This document shows positions 22,647 to 33,251 of a stretch of DNA of 64,000 nt, in pieces. Numbering within the stretch: the stretch's first letter is position 1; each line of letters starts with the position of its first letter. The stretch covers positions 1-64,000 of the forward strand of contig JBCBZT010000031.1 in the NCBI GenBank assembly GCA_039815185.1, read 5' to 3'. The position numbers were made by a program, and so were the translations under genes. The notes under the pieces are model-generated. The model saw only the letters and a program-made list of their open reading frames with translations, did no database searches and was not told the DNA's origin. The DNA is from Cyanobacteria bacterium P01_A01_bin.123. Lineage in GTDB: Bacteria > Cyanobacteriota > Cyanobacteriia > Phormidesmidales > Phormidesmidaceae.

Positions 22647-24707
22647 TTAGGCCCCACGGGGTAACCTTCCTGACCCCGTTAACATTGCTTGAGACTCAGA
22701 TGCACCAATCTGCTTCAGGCGTCGGGCTACGATACCGGTGCAGGCCAAAATGGCAGTCCACTGCCCCAGTAAGCCAAAGAGACGTAGCCCCATAGATGCC
22801 CCTTCAATAGAAATCAGCCAGGGGGCTGCAAGCAGTGCGATTCGAGTGGTTGTGCCGATGTAAGCAGTGCTATAAAGCACCGCCAAACTAAATAAAGGAA
22901 TAGAGACCAGCAACACCAGCGTCACGGTAGCCCAGAGGCTGGGGCGTCCCATCTGGCCCATAAAGATGATTTGAGTCACGGCCCCATAGACCAAAATTAG
23001 ACTCATGCAAGCCACGTAGCTCAGCAGTTCATCAAGCGGGGTTGGAACTTCGGTCAACAGTACCCAAGTGGTCACCATTACTAAGGCCAGCATTAAATTG
23101 GCCGCTAGTGCCACAATCGGTGAACTTTGATTGCTCAACAACCAGTCTTGGAGGCGATTGGAGCGTTGACGTTTGGGTTGAGCATGGCGGAATCGAGCCC
23201 AGTCTGCCATGGCTTGAGGGGTGGGTTGCAGGGCTGCGATCAACAACCCAAAATACAGCAGATTGAGGAAAGCAACCGCGGCCAGCACCACGTCGGTGTC
23301 TAAACTGTTAGCCCCAAAGCCCAGTAAAAAGACCTCAAAACAAACGGTCAACAGATAGCTCAGCGGGCGATGGACAAGCGGTGTCGTGGGGTTAATAAAT
23401 TTACGACGCAATCCATGCCAGACCCAAAGGCTCCACATCAGACCATTGACCGCAAACAACACGCTAAACCAGAAGAATGACAACCCAATCCCCGCAAAGG
23501 ACAGGGCATCGTCGGAACTCAGTTCAGGCCCGATCTGCAAAATGTAGTGCAGCGCTGCCATCGGCGAAAATAGAGCTAGCCAGTGGTGAACATCCCGATT
23601 TCCCCAATCTTCTAAGCTTAGGGAAGTGCCGAAGATTAACTGCCCCCCCAACATGGCCCCGCTAAAGAGCCAGGCTTGGAAGCCTCCGAGCCCCTGACTA
23701 AGCAGCCCATACAGCAACGACAGGCTAAAGAAAAAGACACTATTGATCAACAGGAAGCCGTAGAAGGTCGCTAACGCCAGCGGGTTTAATCCGGCTAGTA
23801 ATCCCATGCCTAGATGCAGGGGAAGACAAAGGGCGATCGCGATGTAAACCACCATCGGCACCCCCAGAATTTGTCCCCCCAGCACCGTTAGCGCCGATCG
23901 GGGACTTAGACGAACAAACGTCAACGTGCCCCGTCGCTGTTCTCGGTCAATGTTTTGAATCAGTAAAAAGCTCCCCGCAGATAGCAGCGCCACTGCCATG
24001 ACAATGCTAACCACGCGGAAGAAATCGCGGTACCACCGGGACCAAGCCACCTGATAATGCTGGCCATCGGGTTCAAGCATACATTTCCCGTCATGACGGG
24101 CGTATACGTTAAACTCCAATGGCTGAGACGGCACACAGTAGATGTTGTAATAGTTAGGGATAGCTTGGCGATCCAACTCAATATTGAGCGTTTGTCCATT
24201 CCGCTTGACTTCTAGCTCAACGGTGGAGTTTTCGACATCCTCGATCGCTTGCGCAGTGACTTCAGAATTAACCAATTCATCCCCAGGATAGACGGTGTCC
24301 CAATCTGGATTGAGTTTGCCATTAAGAGCTGTATCAACCGCGTTCCAATCCCCGCCAAAGTCAGCTACTGATTTACCGTCGATTGCCATAATACGGTCGC
24401 CTGAGCGGATCAGTACTGGATTTTGATTGTCATAGACTTGATCAACCAAAAGACTTTTAGGCATTTCGCTTGACCCATCCGTTGGATAGTCAAACTGGAA
24501 ATTGAACGCTGGTGTTGTCGTTGCCTTCAGATGACTATTGTGAAACGGCGCGGGCAACTGACTCATAAACGTCAACAGCATCAGCAGTTGGGCCAGCAGG
24601 GATAGCCCCACAGCAATGAGAATGTTGCGCCAGCGTAGGCGACCTTTGAGTTCTCGGAGGAGTTGGGGGTTGTGATCGCCCAAACGATCCATCAGTGTGG
24701 CAAACAT
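22647..24707 (-). CDS. ABC-2-type permease-like membrane protein with PDZ-like insert, paralog 1
   Basis: Same architecture but more diverged; IRSGDRIMAIDGKSV...VELEVKRNGQ. Confidence 0.8.
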   Translation of the reverse strand: MFATLMDRLGDHNPQLLRELKGRLRWRNILIAVGLSLLAQLLMLLTFMSQLPAPFHNSHLKATTTPAFNFQFDYPTDGSSEMPKSLLVDQVYDNQNPVLIRSGDRIMAIDGKSVADFGGDWNAVDTALNGKLNPDWDTVYPGDELVNSEVTAQAIEDVENSTVELEVKRNGQTLNIELDRQAIPNYYNIYCVPSQPLEFNVYARHDGKCMLEPDGQHYQVAWSRWYRDFFRVVSIVMAVALLSAGSFLLIQNIDREQRRGTLTFVRLSPRSALTVLGGQILGVPMVVYIAIALCLPLHLGMGLLAGLNPLALATFYGFLLINSVFFFSLSLLYGLLSQGLGGFQAWLFSGAMLGGQLIFGTSLSLEDWGNRDVHHWLALFSPMAALHYILQIGPELSSDDALSFAGIGLSFFWFSVLFAVNGLMWSLWVWHGLRRKFINPTTPLVHRPLSYLLTVCFEVFLLGFGANSLDTDVVLAAVAFLNLLYFGLLIAALQPTPQAMADWARFRHAQPKRQRSNRLQDWLLSNQSSPIVALAANLMLALVMVTTWVLLTEVPTPLDELLSYVACMSLILVYGAVTQIIFMGQMGRPSLWATVTLVLLVSIPLFSLAVLYSTAYIGTTTRIALLAAPWLISIEGASMGLRLFGLLGQWTAILACTGIVARRLKQIGASESQAMLTGSGRLPRGA

Positions 24708-24832
24708 GGCATTAGCAGAGAGAAAACAACGAGTACGAGCAGGCGACAACGGTCAATCCAGACTGGATTCAAAGGACTTGAAGGATTAGACGTAGGACAA
24801 AACACTTTGATTCCCACACCGTCTTTTACGAG

Positions 24833-25801
24833 TTAAGACGGCTGCTGGTGACCCAGCTTAAGGAAAATATCCTCCAGACTGTCTTGGATGCAGTTGAACT
24901 GGTAGATGGGGAGTTTGGCTTCGATTAGCGATCGCAGCAAGTCAGCTGCTTCATCAGTAGACCCTGAAAACTTCAGCCTTAGGGACGGTTGCTCAGGCAA
25001 CACCTCCCAATCGTCACCGGGGATGAGGCGCTTCAGCTCCGCCACGACATCCGCCACCGGTCCCCGAGTGGAAATGATAATTTGCTGATGGCTCAAACGA
25101 CGATAAAGTTCGGCTAGTGGCGCACTTTCCACCAAAAAGCCCAGTTCCATAATGCCGACGGCAGTACAGAGTTCGGCCAAATCGCTCAGCACGTGGGAGG
25201 AAATCAAAACCGTCATCCCCGCCGATTGCAGCACCCGAACGATCTCGCGGAACTGCTGCCGAGCAATCGGGTCAAGTCCAGATACTGGCTCATCCAGCAG
25301 CAGCAGTACGGGCTCATGGATAATCGTGCGGGCCAAACCCAACCGCTGCTTCATCCCTCGGGATAGGGTTGTGATCCGACTATGGCGTTTGTGAGTCAGG
25401 TTGACCAGCTCTAAAACCTCATGGATACGGCGCTGGCGGTGCTTGCCGCGCAAATGATAGAGCCGTGCAAAATAGTCAAGGTAGTCCCAAACGTTGAGGT
25501 CGTCATACAGCGGAAAATCATCAGGCAGATAGCCGATCAGTCGTTTGATTTGGGGTTGGGGGCGATCGCGCCTCAAAGGTTCCCCGTGAATCGCAATCTC
25601 ACCTGTGGACGGTTCTTCTGCCGTTGCCAACATTCGAATCAATGTAGTCTTGCCTGCCCCGTTGGGGCCAATTAGACCGTAAACTTCCCCCGGCCCAATG
25701 GCTAAATCCACATCATTGACAGCTGTCTGGCGACGAAATCGTTTAGTCAACCCTCGGGTGGCGACCGTCAACTCACGAGAATCCGGCAACGCTACAGCCA
25801 T
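24833..25801 (-). CDS. ABC-2-type exporter ATP-binding protein
   Basis: GPNGAGKT, LSRGMKQR, LLLDEP, SSH, SLEDIFL. Confidence 0.95.
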   Translation of the reverse strand: MAVALPDSRELTVATRGLTKRFRRQTAVNDVDLAIGPGEVYGLIGPNGAGKTTLIRMLATAEEPSTGEIAIHGEPLRRDRPQPQIKRLIGYLPDDFPLYDDLNVWDYLDYFARLYHLRGKHRQRRIHEVLELVNLTHKRHSRITTLSRGMKQRLGLARTIIHEPVLLLLDEPVSGLDPIARQQFREIVRVLQSAGMTVLISSHVLSDLAELCTAVGIMELGFLVESAPLAELYRRLSHQQIIISTRGPVADVVAELKRLIPGDDWEVLPEQPSLRLKFSGSTDEAADLLRSLIEAKLPIYQFNCIQDSLEDIFLKLGHQQPS

Positions 25802-25929
25802 AAATCTTGCCCAGTTATTTTGTGAGGGGTCAATAACCCCAGCTTACCCAGCGATCTTCAAGGCGTGTACAGTGGATTTCGAAAATTGAAACAAGATGAC
25901 TTCAGAATGGCAGTCTGAGATAGTGCTTA

Positions 25930-26195
25930 CATAGCCGTAGCCACAAAACCTTGTGCGCTACTGCGAATCAGATTGCTTGTAGGTAGGTTGTCCCAATTAT
26001 GTTTCAGATACCGAGGCCCCCTTCCGTCCCCCAATCCTGGGGGAGACTAGACTTAAAGCCCCCAGGATTGGGGGTTTGGGGGCTTGTACGAGAAAGCAAA
26101 ACATCTGGTCTTCTATCTTATAAACGATTACGCTAACCCACTTACTGCGCATCCCAGCGGTAATCGGTGCATTAAGCAATCTGGCCAGCGCTATA
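25930..26195 (+). mobile_element. 105-bp MITE-like repeat, copy 4, split by a nested insertion
   Basis: Left half 25930-25979 and right half 26145-26195 match the other copies. Confidence 0.85.
25980..26144. mobile_element. Nested ~165-bp element with imperfect TA-ended inverted repeats and an internal 16-bp perfect inverted repeat
   Basis: Ends TAGGTAGGTTGTCCCAATT / GATTACGCTAACCCACTTA; CCCCCAATCCTGGGGG (26028-26043) pairs with CCCCCAGGATTGGGGG (26059-26074). Confidence 0.7.
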
Positions 26196-26228
26196 ATTCC
26201 GGCAGAGGCGTTGTTGCTGAGGTTCCCA

Positions 26229-26852
26229 GTGTCCTATAGAGAATTCACTCTTGAAAAGCTGAGGAAGCAGTTTGGCCTAGCACTTGAAAGCAATCAGGAT
26301 TTGTTCTCAGCGGCTATCCATCGAGTGCCTCTGGCAACCCCATTCATCGACTATCTAAACTACAGTGTGCCCCTAGCCCTAGCAATCAACACCGAAAAAG
26401 CGCGTTCGGAAATGATCATTGCACCTATGCTAGTGGAACTTAAGCGGCTACTCCAAGACCAAGTGAGCCTGTTTTCTGGCGTAGAATTCAACGTTGATCC
26501 TGACCAGGAGTTGAACGGGTTCTGCGACTTTATCATTAGCCTTTCCCGCCAGCAGCTTTACATCAGCGCACCAGTCTTGATCGTCTTTGAAGCAAAGAAT
26601 GAAAATATCAAAGGTGGATTGGGTCAGTGCTTGTCTGCAATGCTAGCCGCGAGAATCTTCAATCAGCGGGAAGGGCAAACCATCGAGACGATTTATGGTG
26701 CTGTCACGACAGGAAACCAGTGGAAGTTCTTGAGTCTGGAAAATAACATCGCTTCCATTGACTTGAAGGACTATTATATCGATCGCTTAGAAGACATCAT
26801 GGGCATTTTGATGGGACTGGTACAGCCCCCTTCAGAAGTTGTCATAGCTTGA
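26229..26852 (+). CDS. Cyanobacterial PD-(D/E)xK / HsdR-N-like hypothetical protein
   Basis: EKARSEMII, GFCDFII, FEAK, GLGQC, YGAVTTGNQWKF. Start probably GTG 26229. Confidence 0.7.
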   Translation: MSYREFTLEKLRKQFGLALESNQDLFSAAIHRVPLATPFIDYLNYSVPLALAINTEKARSEMIIAPMLVELKRLLQDQVSLFSGVEFNVDPDQELNGFCDFIISLSRQQLYISAPVLIVFEAKNENIKGGLGQCLSAMLAARIFNQREGQTIETIYGAVTTGNQWKFLSLENNIASIDLKDYYIDRLEDIMGILMGLVQPPSEVVIA

Positions 26853-26911
26853 TCCAGATTTTGGGTTAACATGTTGAGCCTATAGTCCCTGGTTGTTCCA
26901 GTTCCTTTTCC

Positions 26912-27994
26912 ATGACCCAATCCTATAAAATCACCACCCTCCCTGGCGATGGGATCGGCCCTGAAATTATGGCGGTGACCTTAGCGGTACTGGAGCGGGT
27001 TGGGCAACGCCAAAATTTGCAATTTGACTTTCAATCAGCCCTAATTGGCGGTGCGGCTATTGACGCCACGGGCAATCCCTTACCCGAGGAAACCTTAGCA
27101 ACCTGCCGCCAAAGTGATGCCGTATTGCTAGCCGCCATCGGTGGCTACAAATGGGATAGCTTGCCCCGTGCCCAACGACCAGAGACTGGATTATTGGGGC
27201 TACGATCTGGCCTGGGTCTATTTGCCAACTTACGCCCTGCCATAATTTTGCCCCAATTAGTTGACGCGTCTTCGCTCAAACGTGAGGTGGTGGAAGGGGT
27301 AGACATCATGGTGGTGCGCGAACTCACTGGAGGCATTTACTTCGGCCAGCCCAAAGGTGTTTTCGAGACCGAAACTGGGGAAAAGCGTGGGGTCAATACC
27401 ATGGCCTACACGGTGCCTGAGATTGATCGCATCGGCCGGGTCGCCTTTGAAACAGCCCAAAAGCGTAGTGGCAAGCTTTGCTCTGTGGATAAAGCTAATG
27501 TCTTAGCCGTGTCGCAATTATGGCGCGATCGCATCATAGACCTCGCCAACGACTATCCCGATGTTGAATTGTCCCATCTCTATGTTGATAACGCAGCGAT
27601 GCAGCTCGTGCGCTGGCCCAAGCAGTTTGACACCATCGTCACAGGTAATCTGTTTGGCGATATCCTCTCCGATGCGGCTGCTATGGTCACGGGCAGTATC
27701 GGTATGTTGCCTTCAGCCAGTTTAGGCGCGGAGGGCCCAGGCGTGTTTGAACCCGTCCACGGATCAGCCCCAGATATTGCCGGAGAAGACAAAGCCAATC
27801 CCCTAGCTCAAGTCCTCAGCGCTGCCATGATGTTGCGCTACGGCCTAGCCCAACCCGAAGCCGCTCAACAGATTGAGCAAGCTGTGTTGACAGTGCTCGA
27901 CCAGGGCTATCGCACCGGTGACATCATGGCACCCGGTATGACCCTAATCGGTTGCAAAGAAATGGGTCAGGCTTTGTTACAAGGGTTAAACTAA
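26912..27994 (+). CDS. leuB: 3-isopropylmalate dehydrogenase
   Basis: [39 protein letters not shown]. Confidence 0.97.
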   Translation: MTQSYKITTLPGDGIGPEIMAVTLAVLERVGQRQNLQFDFQSALIGGAAIDATGNPLPEETLATCRQSDAVLLAAIGGYKWDSLPRAQRPETGLLGLRSGLGLFANLRPAIILPQLVDASSLKREVVEGVDIMVVRELTGGIYFGQPKGVFETETGEKRGVNTMAYTVPEIDRIGRVAFETAQKRSGKLCSVDKANVLAVSQLWRDRIIDLANDYPDVELSHLYVDNAAMQLVRWPKQFDTIVTGNLFGDILSDAAAMVTGSIGMLPSASLGAEGPGVFEPVHGSAPDIAGEDKANPLAQVLSAAMMLRYGLAQPEAAQQIEQAVLTVLDQGYRTGDIMAPGMTLIGCKEMGQALLQGLN

Positions 27995-28065
27995 GGGAGC
28001 ATCGTCGTTGATGGAATACAAAAGATCTATTAAAGTCAAGCTAACCGATTGGGGATAGAGGAACC

Positions 28066-28338
28066 GTGCAAAGTTTACAGCAATTAGAGAATGGTCGACT
28101 GTCAGAGCCCCCAACGGTCGGCGAGGTGCCGCTGCTATTTGATCCGGCACTGCTGAGAGCAGCCCGCCACATTTATCGCACCTATTACGAAGTCCATCCC
28201 CAAGAAATTCAGCGACCCCTAGGGGTGGCGATCAGCCGGGTAAACCATCGCGGCAAGTTGATCTTTAATGGTCGCCCGATCTTACTGCCCCATGAATGTT
28301 TTATCCCCCTCAACCAGATTGAACCGGGGATGCACTAG
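28066..28338 (+). CDS. Conserved cyanobacterial hypothetical protein
   Basis: 90-aa ORF with GAGG upstream; AARHIYRTYYEVHP...RPLGVAI. Confidence 0.65.
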   Translation: MQSLQQLENGRLSEPPTVGEVPLLFDPALLRAARHIYRTYYEVHPQEIQRPLGVAISRVNHRGKLIFNGRPILLPHECFIPLNQIEPGMH

Positions 28339-28355
28339 ATCTAGGTGACGTTGGT

Positions 28356-30131
28356 CTAGTTTGTGCCGGGTGTGGCCTGGTTTGCACTGGCAAAGGTCGC
28401 GATCGCCGCCTCTAAATCTGGCGCAACACGAGCTTGGGTTGCTGCCTCATAGGCATAGCCTACGGCCAGCAAATCTGGTTCTCCTAGAAACTTACCAATC
28501 AAGGTAAGGCCTTGGGGTTGGCCTTCAGGAGAGAGCCCACTGGGCACAGTTAGGGCAGGGAAACCCGCTGCCGCATAGGCTTGGCCGTCAGAGATCAGAA
28601 CATCGATACCAGTTGTCTCAAAGACCTGATTTAATCCTGACTGCGCGGTGCTCTGATTAGTCTCTCGAAGCGTGGCGTATGTTTCAGCATCAATCTCTGT
28701 GTGCTCAGCACCTTCTAAATAGCCCTGTCCATAGGGAATTCGGTTGCTGGGATCCGCATTGTTCAAACTAATGATGGTGTCCAGTGAGTCCACGGAAATG
28801 CCAGGTGTTGTAGCTAGAAAAGCGTTTAAAGATGCCTTGAAACCGTGCTCAAGCACTGAATTTGCATCAGGGGCAGTAGGAATTTGAGTCGGTTCGACTG
28901 CAACAATTTCAATGCCCATATCTCGGAACGGGGCAGTCAAAGTTTGGGCGTGTTGCTGGGACGCTTCAACCAGCTGTCGGAGGAACTCGATACTTTCTTG
29001 GCTCGGATCCTCCTCAAGCAATTCCCGAAGATTAGCTTCTCCTAAGACTGGCACCCCAACTCGTCGCCGCCGAGCTGCTTCCAAAGAGAGAAACTGGGTA
29101 AAGTCAGTCCCCGCTAAGGCGGCGGCATCGGTAGTGGCGGCATCATTAGTATCCACGCCGGTCATGGCCGTCAGCAGGGTGGCCACATCCGTGATGGTGC
29201 GCCCCATAGGCCCTGGCACGTCCATCCAATCCACCAAGGGAATAACATAGTCACGGCTAACCAAGCCTCGACTGGTCTTGAGCCCAACTATACCGTTACT
29301 TTGAGCTGGAAAAAGGATGGAGCCTTGAGTTTCGCTACCCACACTAACTGCAATAAAATTGGCTGCCACCGCCACTGCTGACCCCGTGCTTGAACCAAAC
29401 GGATCGAACGAACCATAGGGATGTCGAGTTTGGCCACCCAGGGTACTGAAGCCATTGGGTATCAAGGGGGCAAGATAGTTTGCCCACTCTGATAAATTAG
29501 TCTTACCCAAGATGACTGCGCCTGCATCCCGAAGCTGCTTCACCAGGAAGGCATCTCGATTTGCCTGCCAGTCTTTGAGAGCATAGGCTCCAGCGGTCGT
29601 GTGGAGCTGGTCACCCGTAGCAATATTATCTTTCAGTAGTACAGGAATACCGTGTAGGGCACCTCGGCTTTGCCCCGCTGCCCGTTCTTTGTCTCGTCTG
29701 CGAGCAAGGTCAAGGGCGTCGGGATTCAGCTCCATCACAGCGTTAAACTTGTCCACGTCATAGCGCTGGATGCGATCTAGGTAGTAAAGAGCTAGCTCTT
29801 CTGCAGTCAGATGACCACACGCTATTAACTGCTGCATTTCTGGCACAGTCGCTTCTAGGAGTTGCTGATCTAAGACTCTGCGACGTTCAGATGAGAAGTG
29901 ATTCAAGGCATCAGCAAAGGGCCTGAAATCGCGAACCCGCTTGGCGGTGTAGTTCGGTTCTGAGAGCGGAAATTCGCTATCATCAAAGTCGTCTTTAAAG
30001 TCGGCTGCCTCAACTGCTGGAGAAGCATCTGTTGGGGAATCATCTGCATGCGACCAAGTCGCATGGCCTATGCTGAAGACAATGACGGCAATTAATGAGA
30101 GCAAGAGGGTTCTGATGGATTTTAGGGCCAT
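28356..30131 (-). CDS. Secreted amidase-signature family enzyme
   Basis: Signal peptide; LHGIPVLLKDN, GKTNLSEWAN, GSSTGSA, GSETQGSI. Confidence 0.92.
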   Translation of the reverse strand: MALKSIRTLLLSLIAVIVFSIGHATWSHADDSPTDASPAVEAADFKDDFDDSEFPLSEPNYTAKRVRDFRPFADALNHFSSERRRVLDQQLLEATVPEMQQLIACGHLTAEELALYYLDRIQRYDVDKFNAVMELNPDALDLARRRDKERAAGQSRGALHGIPVLLKDNIATGDQLHTTAGAYALKDWQANRDAFLVKQLRDAGAVILGKTNLSEWANYLAPLIPNGFSTLGGQTRHPYGSFDPFGSSTGSAVAVAANFIAVSVGSETQGSILFPAQSNGIVGLKTSRGLVSRDYVIPLVDWMDVPGPMGRTITDVATLLTAMTGVDTNDAATTDAAALAGTDFTQFLSLEAARRRRVGVPVLGEANLRELLEEDPSQESIEFLRQLVEASQQHAQTLTAPFRDMGIEIVAVEPTQIPTAPDANSVLEHGFKASLNAFLATTPGISVDSLDTIISLNNADPSNRIPYGQGYLEGAEHTEIDAETYATLRETNQSTAQSGLNQVFETTGIDVLISDGQAYAAAGFPALTVPSGLSPEGQPQGLTLIGKFLGEPDLLAVGYAYEAATQARVAPDLEAAIATFASANQATPGTN

Positions 30132-30243
30132 GGGCTAAACCTCCGGCTTCGAGCCACAAATTCGCATTAATCCTTTTTGCTTTAGGCGTGGTGTTTAGCA
30201 CAAGTCCAGAGGCCTTTTACCAATGTTGGGCTGTCGAATAAGA

Positions 30244-32226
30244 TCACCTATTTGCGGAGGCAACTGATGCTTCAATACGTTTACCCACGGGATGCAGGTT
30301 ATGAAGAGAATGAGGCCCTATATTTTGAGGTTTATATTCAGGCACCAGTAGACGGAGAAGTGCACGAACGATGCCTAAGTTATTTGCTCGAGCGTTGTTG
30401 ATCAGCTGGTTTAATCTAGGCTTTAGTTTCTCCCAAGGCAAGAAATACTCTTGGCTGCAATAGATTTTGGGATGATGGGTTGGTCGTACACTATCTCCAG
30501 AAATCAACAGTTCTTCGTAAAGTTTTTCCCCTGGTCGTAGTCCTGTAATTTTAATTTGAATATCCTCTTCAGGGATGAGGCCACTGAGCTGAATCATTTG
30601 AGTGGCTAAGTCGTAGATTTTGACGGGTTCGTCCATATCTAACAGAAAAACCTCCCCCCCTTTAGACATTGCTCCCGCTTGAATAACCAGACGAGCGGCT
30701 TCAGGAATAGACATAAAGTAGCGAGTAATGTCTGGATGAGTCAGGGTGATGGGCCCGCCTTGGGCAATTTGCTGACGAAATCGAGGGACAACGGAGCCGC
30801 TGCTGCCCAGCACATTCCCAAACCGGACAATAGCAAAGCGCGTGTAAGATTTTGTTTGGGCTGAGAGAGCTTGAACAGTCAGCTCGGCAACTCGTTTGGT
30901 AGTGCCCATGATGTTGGTAGGTCGGACTGCCTTATCGGTGGAGATCAAGACGAACTGCTGAACGCCAAACTCGAGTGCACATTGGGCAACCGTGAATGTG
31001 CCTAATACGTTATTCTCAATGGCTTTAGCAATATTAGATTCAAGTAACGGTACATGCTTATAGGCTGCCGCATGGTACAGCGTTCTAACCTGATGCGCTT
31101 TGAGTACCGAACGAAAATAACGGCCATCAGTCACATTTCCCAAACAGGGAACAAGTTTGATCTGAGGATATGCTTCAGTCAGTTCTTGATGAATCTTGTA
31201 AAGGGCAAACTCGTTCAGTTCGTATAGAATCAGACGACTTGGCTGCCGTTGCGCAATTTGGCGACAAAGCTCAGAGCCAATAGACCCACCTGCACCAGTG
31301 ACGAGGACTGCCCGATCTTGAATTTGTTTGCTCATGAGCAGTGGATTGGGTTTGGCTTCTTCACGGCCAAGCAGATCGACCACATCAATATCTCGAATGG
31401 CTTGAATTGTGACTTCGCCGGAGAGAATGCGATCTAAAGAAGGAACTGTCTTGATCGGTATGGATAGCTGTTGAATAGGGTCACAAATTTCTCGTCGGAT
31501 ACGCTTAGAAACCGACGGCATTGCCAATACAACAGTATCAAAGCAACCATCGGCATAGAGGGTTTTAATCCGCTTGGGTGAGTAGACCTTAAAGCCATCA
31601 ATACTATAGCCTTGGTAAAGCTCAGGATTATCGTCAACAAACCCAACGATTTTATATTGGTGGCTATTTGAAAGCATCTGGAGCAATTGAACACCAGCAG
31701 TACCTGCACCGTAGATTAATAATCGGTTGGGTCGTCTATCAGGGTGAGCTTGCCGCTTTTTACTAACAATGCTTTCACGAATTACCCAGCGCATTAAAAG
31801 CCGTAAAGAGATGACCAACGTCAGCGTGAGTAATGCATCAATGATCAGCACTGAGCGAGAAAGTGCCCAATCGCCTACAAAGTAGCTGAGGGCAATCAGG
31901 CTAATAGTACTTGCAGCAACAGCGCGCGCGGTCAATCTTAAGAGGACTAAACTGGAATGTCGAAGCAAGGGTTTGTAGAGACCCATTGCATTAAAAAGGA
32001 CATGCTTAAATAGTATTAACGCAAAGACCTGCCACGACTTCTCTGTGAGAAACGATAAGGGTAGAAAAGACTCTAACCGAATAGCTGATGCAAAATAGAC
32101 GGAGAGCAAAAAAATACTTAGATCGAGCAGCTTAAGAATGAGTCTACGAGTACGACGATCCCCAAAAAGTATGCACGAGGAAACCCAAGCTGTTAGTTTT
32201 GTCCACTTTTTCATGGCACTAGCCAA
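30244..32226 (-). CDS. capD: Membrane-anchored UDP-GlcNAc 4,6-dehydratase (CapD/WbpM/PglF family)
   Basis: Four N-terminal TM segments; GAGGSIGSE, HAAAYKHVP, STDKAVRPTNIMG, RFGNVLGSSGSV, GLRPGEKLYEEL. Confidence 0.93.
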   Translation of the reverse strand: MASAMKKWTKLTAWVSSCILFGDRRTRRLILKLLDLSIFLLSVYFASAIRLESFLPLSFLTEKSWQVFALILFKHVLFNAMGLYKPLLRHSSLVLLRLTARAVAASTISLIALSYFVGDWALSRSVLIIDALLTLTLVISLRLLMRWVIRESIVSKKRQAHPDRRPNRLLIYGAGTAGVQLLQMLSNSHQYKIVGFVDDNPELYQGYSIDGFKVYSPKRIKTLYADGCFDTVVLAMPSVSKRIRREICDPIQQLSIPIKTVPSLDRILSGEVTIQAIRDIDVVDLLGREEAKPNPLLMSKQIQDRAVLVTGAGGSIGSELCRQIAQRQPSRLILYELNEFALYKIHQELTEAYPQIKLVPCLGNVTDGRYFRSVLKAHQVRTLYHAAAYKHVPLLESNIAKAIENNVLGTFTVAQCALEFGVQQFVLISTDKAVRPTNIMGTTKRVAELTVQALSAQTKSYTRFAIVRFGNVLGSSGSVVPRFRQQIAQGGPITLTHPDITRYFMSIPEAARLVIQAGAMSKGGEVFLLDMDEPVKIYDLATQMIQLSGLIPEEDIQIKITGLRPGEKLYEELLISGDSVRPTHHPKIYCSQEYFLPWEKLKPRLNQLINNARANNLGIVRALLRLLVPEYKPQNIGPHSLHNLHPVGKRIEASVASANR

Positions 32227-33251
32227 TGTCTCTGCGAATTAGGACTCAAACTTAGTAGGCATAGACCATGCTTCTACACGAACTTTGAGATGAACGAGAT
32301 TGCCATATCCTAAAAATGAAAAGTATCAAAAAATGCGCGATCGCTGAGATCAGCAACAAAATCTTTCAATCGGCAGAAAGCTTAACCTTGGTGATGACAG
32401 CTTAGCCTCAGTGGTAACCAGCCCTGAATTTTGTCTTTTTAACTACCAACTGAACTATAGGTGCTCCGAAAGCGATGAACGATAGCATCGTTTATGAGTA
32501 ATTGCATCCTGTTTAAGCCATGGTGCGCCTGTGGTGGATGTTTTTTTGCACCGATGCGATCGCACAACACTATTGGTCTTAAATTTACTCCTCTTCAGAA
32601 AATCAATATATAGGCTCAGAAAAATCAATATATAGACAATCTGTTAAATTCTGTAAATAAGCCAGGAAATCTTGACGCTCTCCAGGATTGTGAAGTATAA
32701 GTGAGTCGAAGCCATCAGTCAGATTTGCACAGCAGTGATGTATGCGATTACTATGCGTGCTGCTACCCTTTAGGGTGTTGATTTGGAATGATTGAATAAA
32801 CTAATAATCAGTTCACCTAAAGTTGTTATCTTGATTGTCTAGCTACTTGCTGCTCTTCTCGAAAAGAATTGTGAGTGGTGCGCAGTATACGTAGACAGAT
32901 TTTGGTGTTTTCGTTCCGTTTTAGACCAAAGTTAACTATCGTATCTTGGTGAATTTAGGAGTTTGGGCTTTGATGGTCATTTGATCTCAGTTCCTCCTAT
33001 TACAGGTCTGTCGAGCGGTTCAACAGCCTGTTATGGCTTCGTGTAAATGAATTGATTTCACGATATCTGCTCCGTTACTAATACTAAGGATTGACTCACG
33101 GCATTGAGGACATAGCACCCATGTCCTGGGGCTGCAGGATTGATCGCAAGGTATGGTGCTAATAGCTGGTTTTTGCCTGCTTTGAGAGGCGGGAATTAGA
33201 GAACAGGCCCTGCATCTTATCTTTGCATTAAGGAGTATTTTTACTTAGGCT

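Noticed and set aside
18482..24707. Diversity-generating retroelement acting on the permease paralogs
   Set aside because: No reverse transcriptase; differences include indels and are not adenine-specific.
26229..26852. Restriction-modification system (also the Uma2 gene at 57270-57833)
   Set aside because: No methyltransferase or helicase partner; both are common stand-alone multicopy families.
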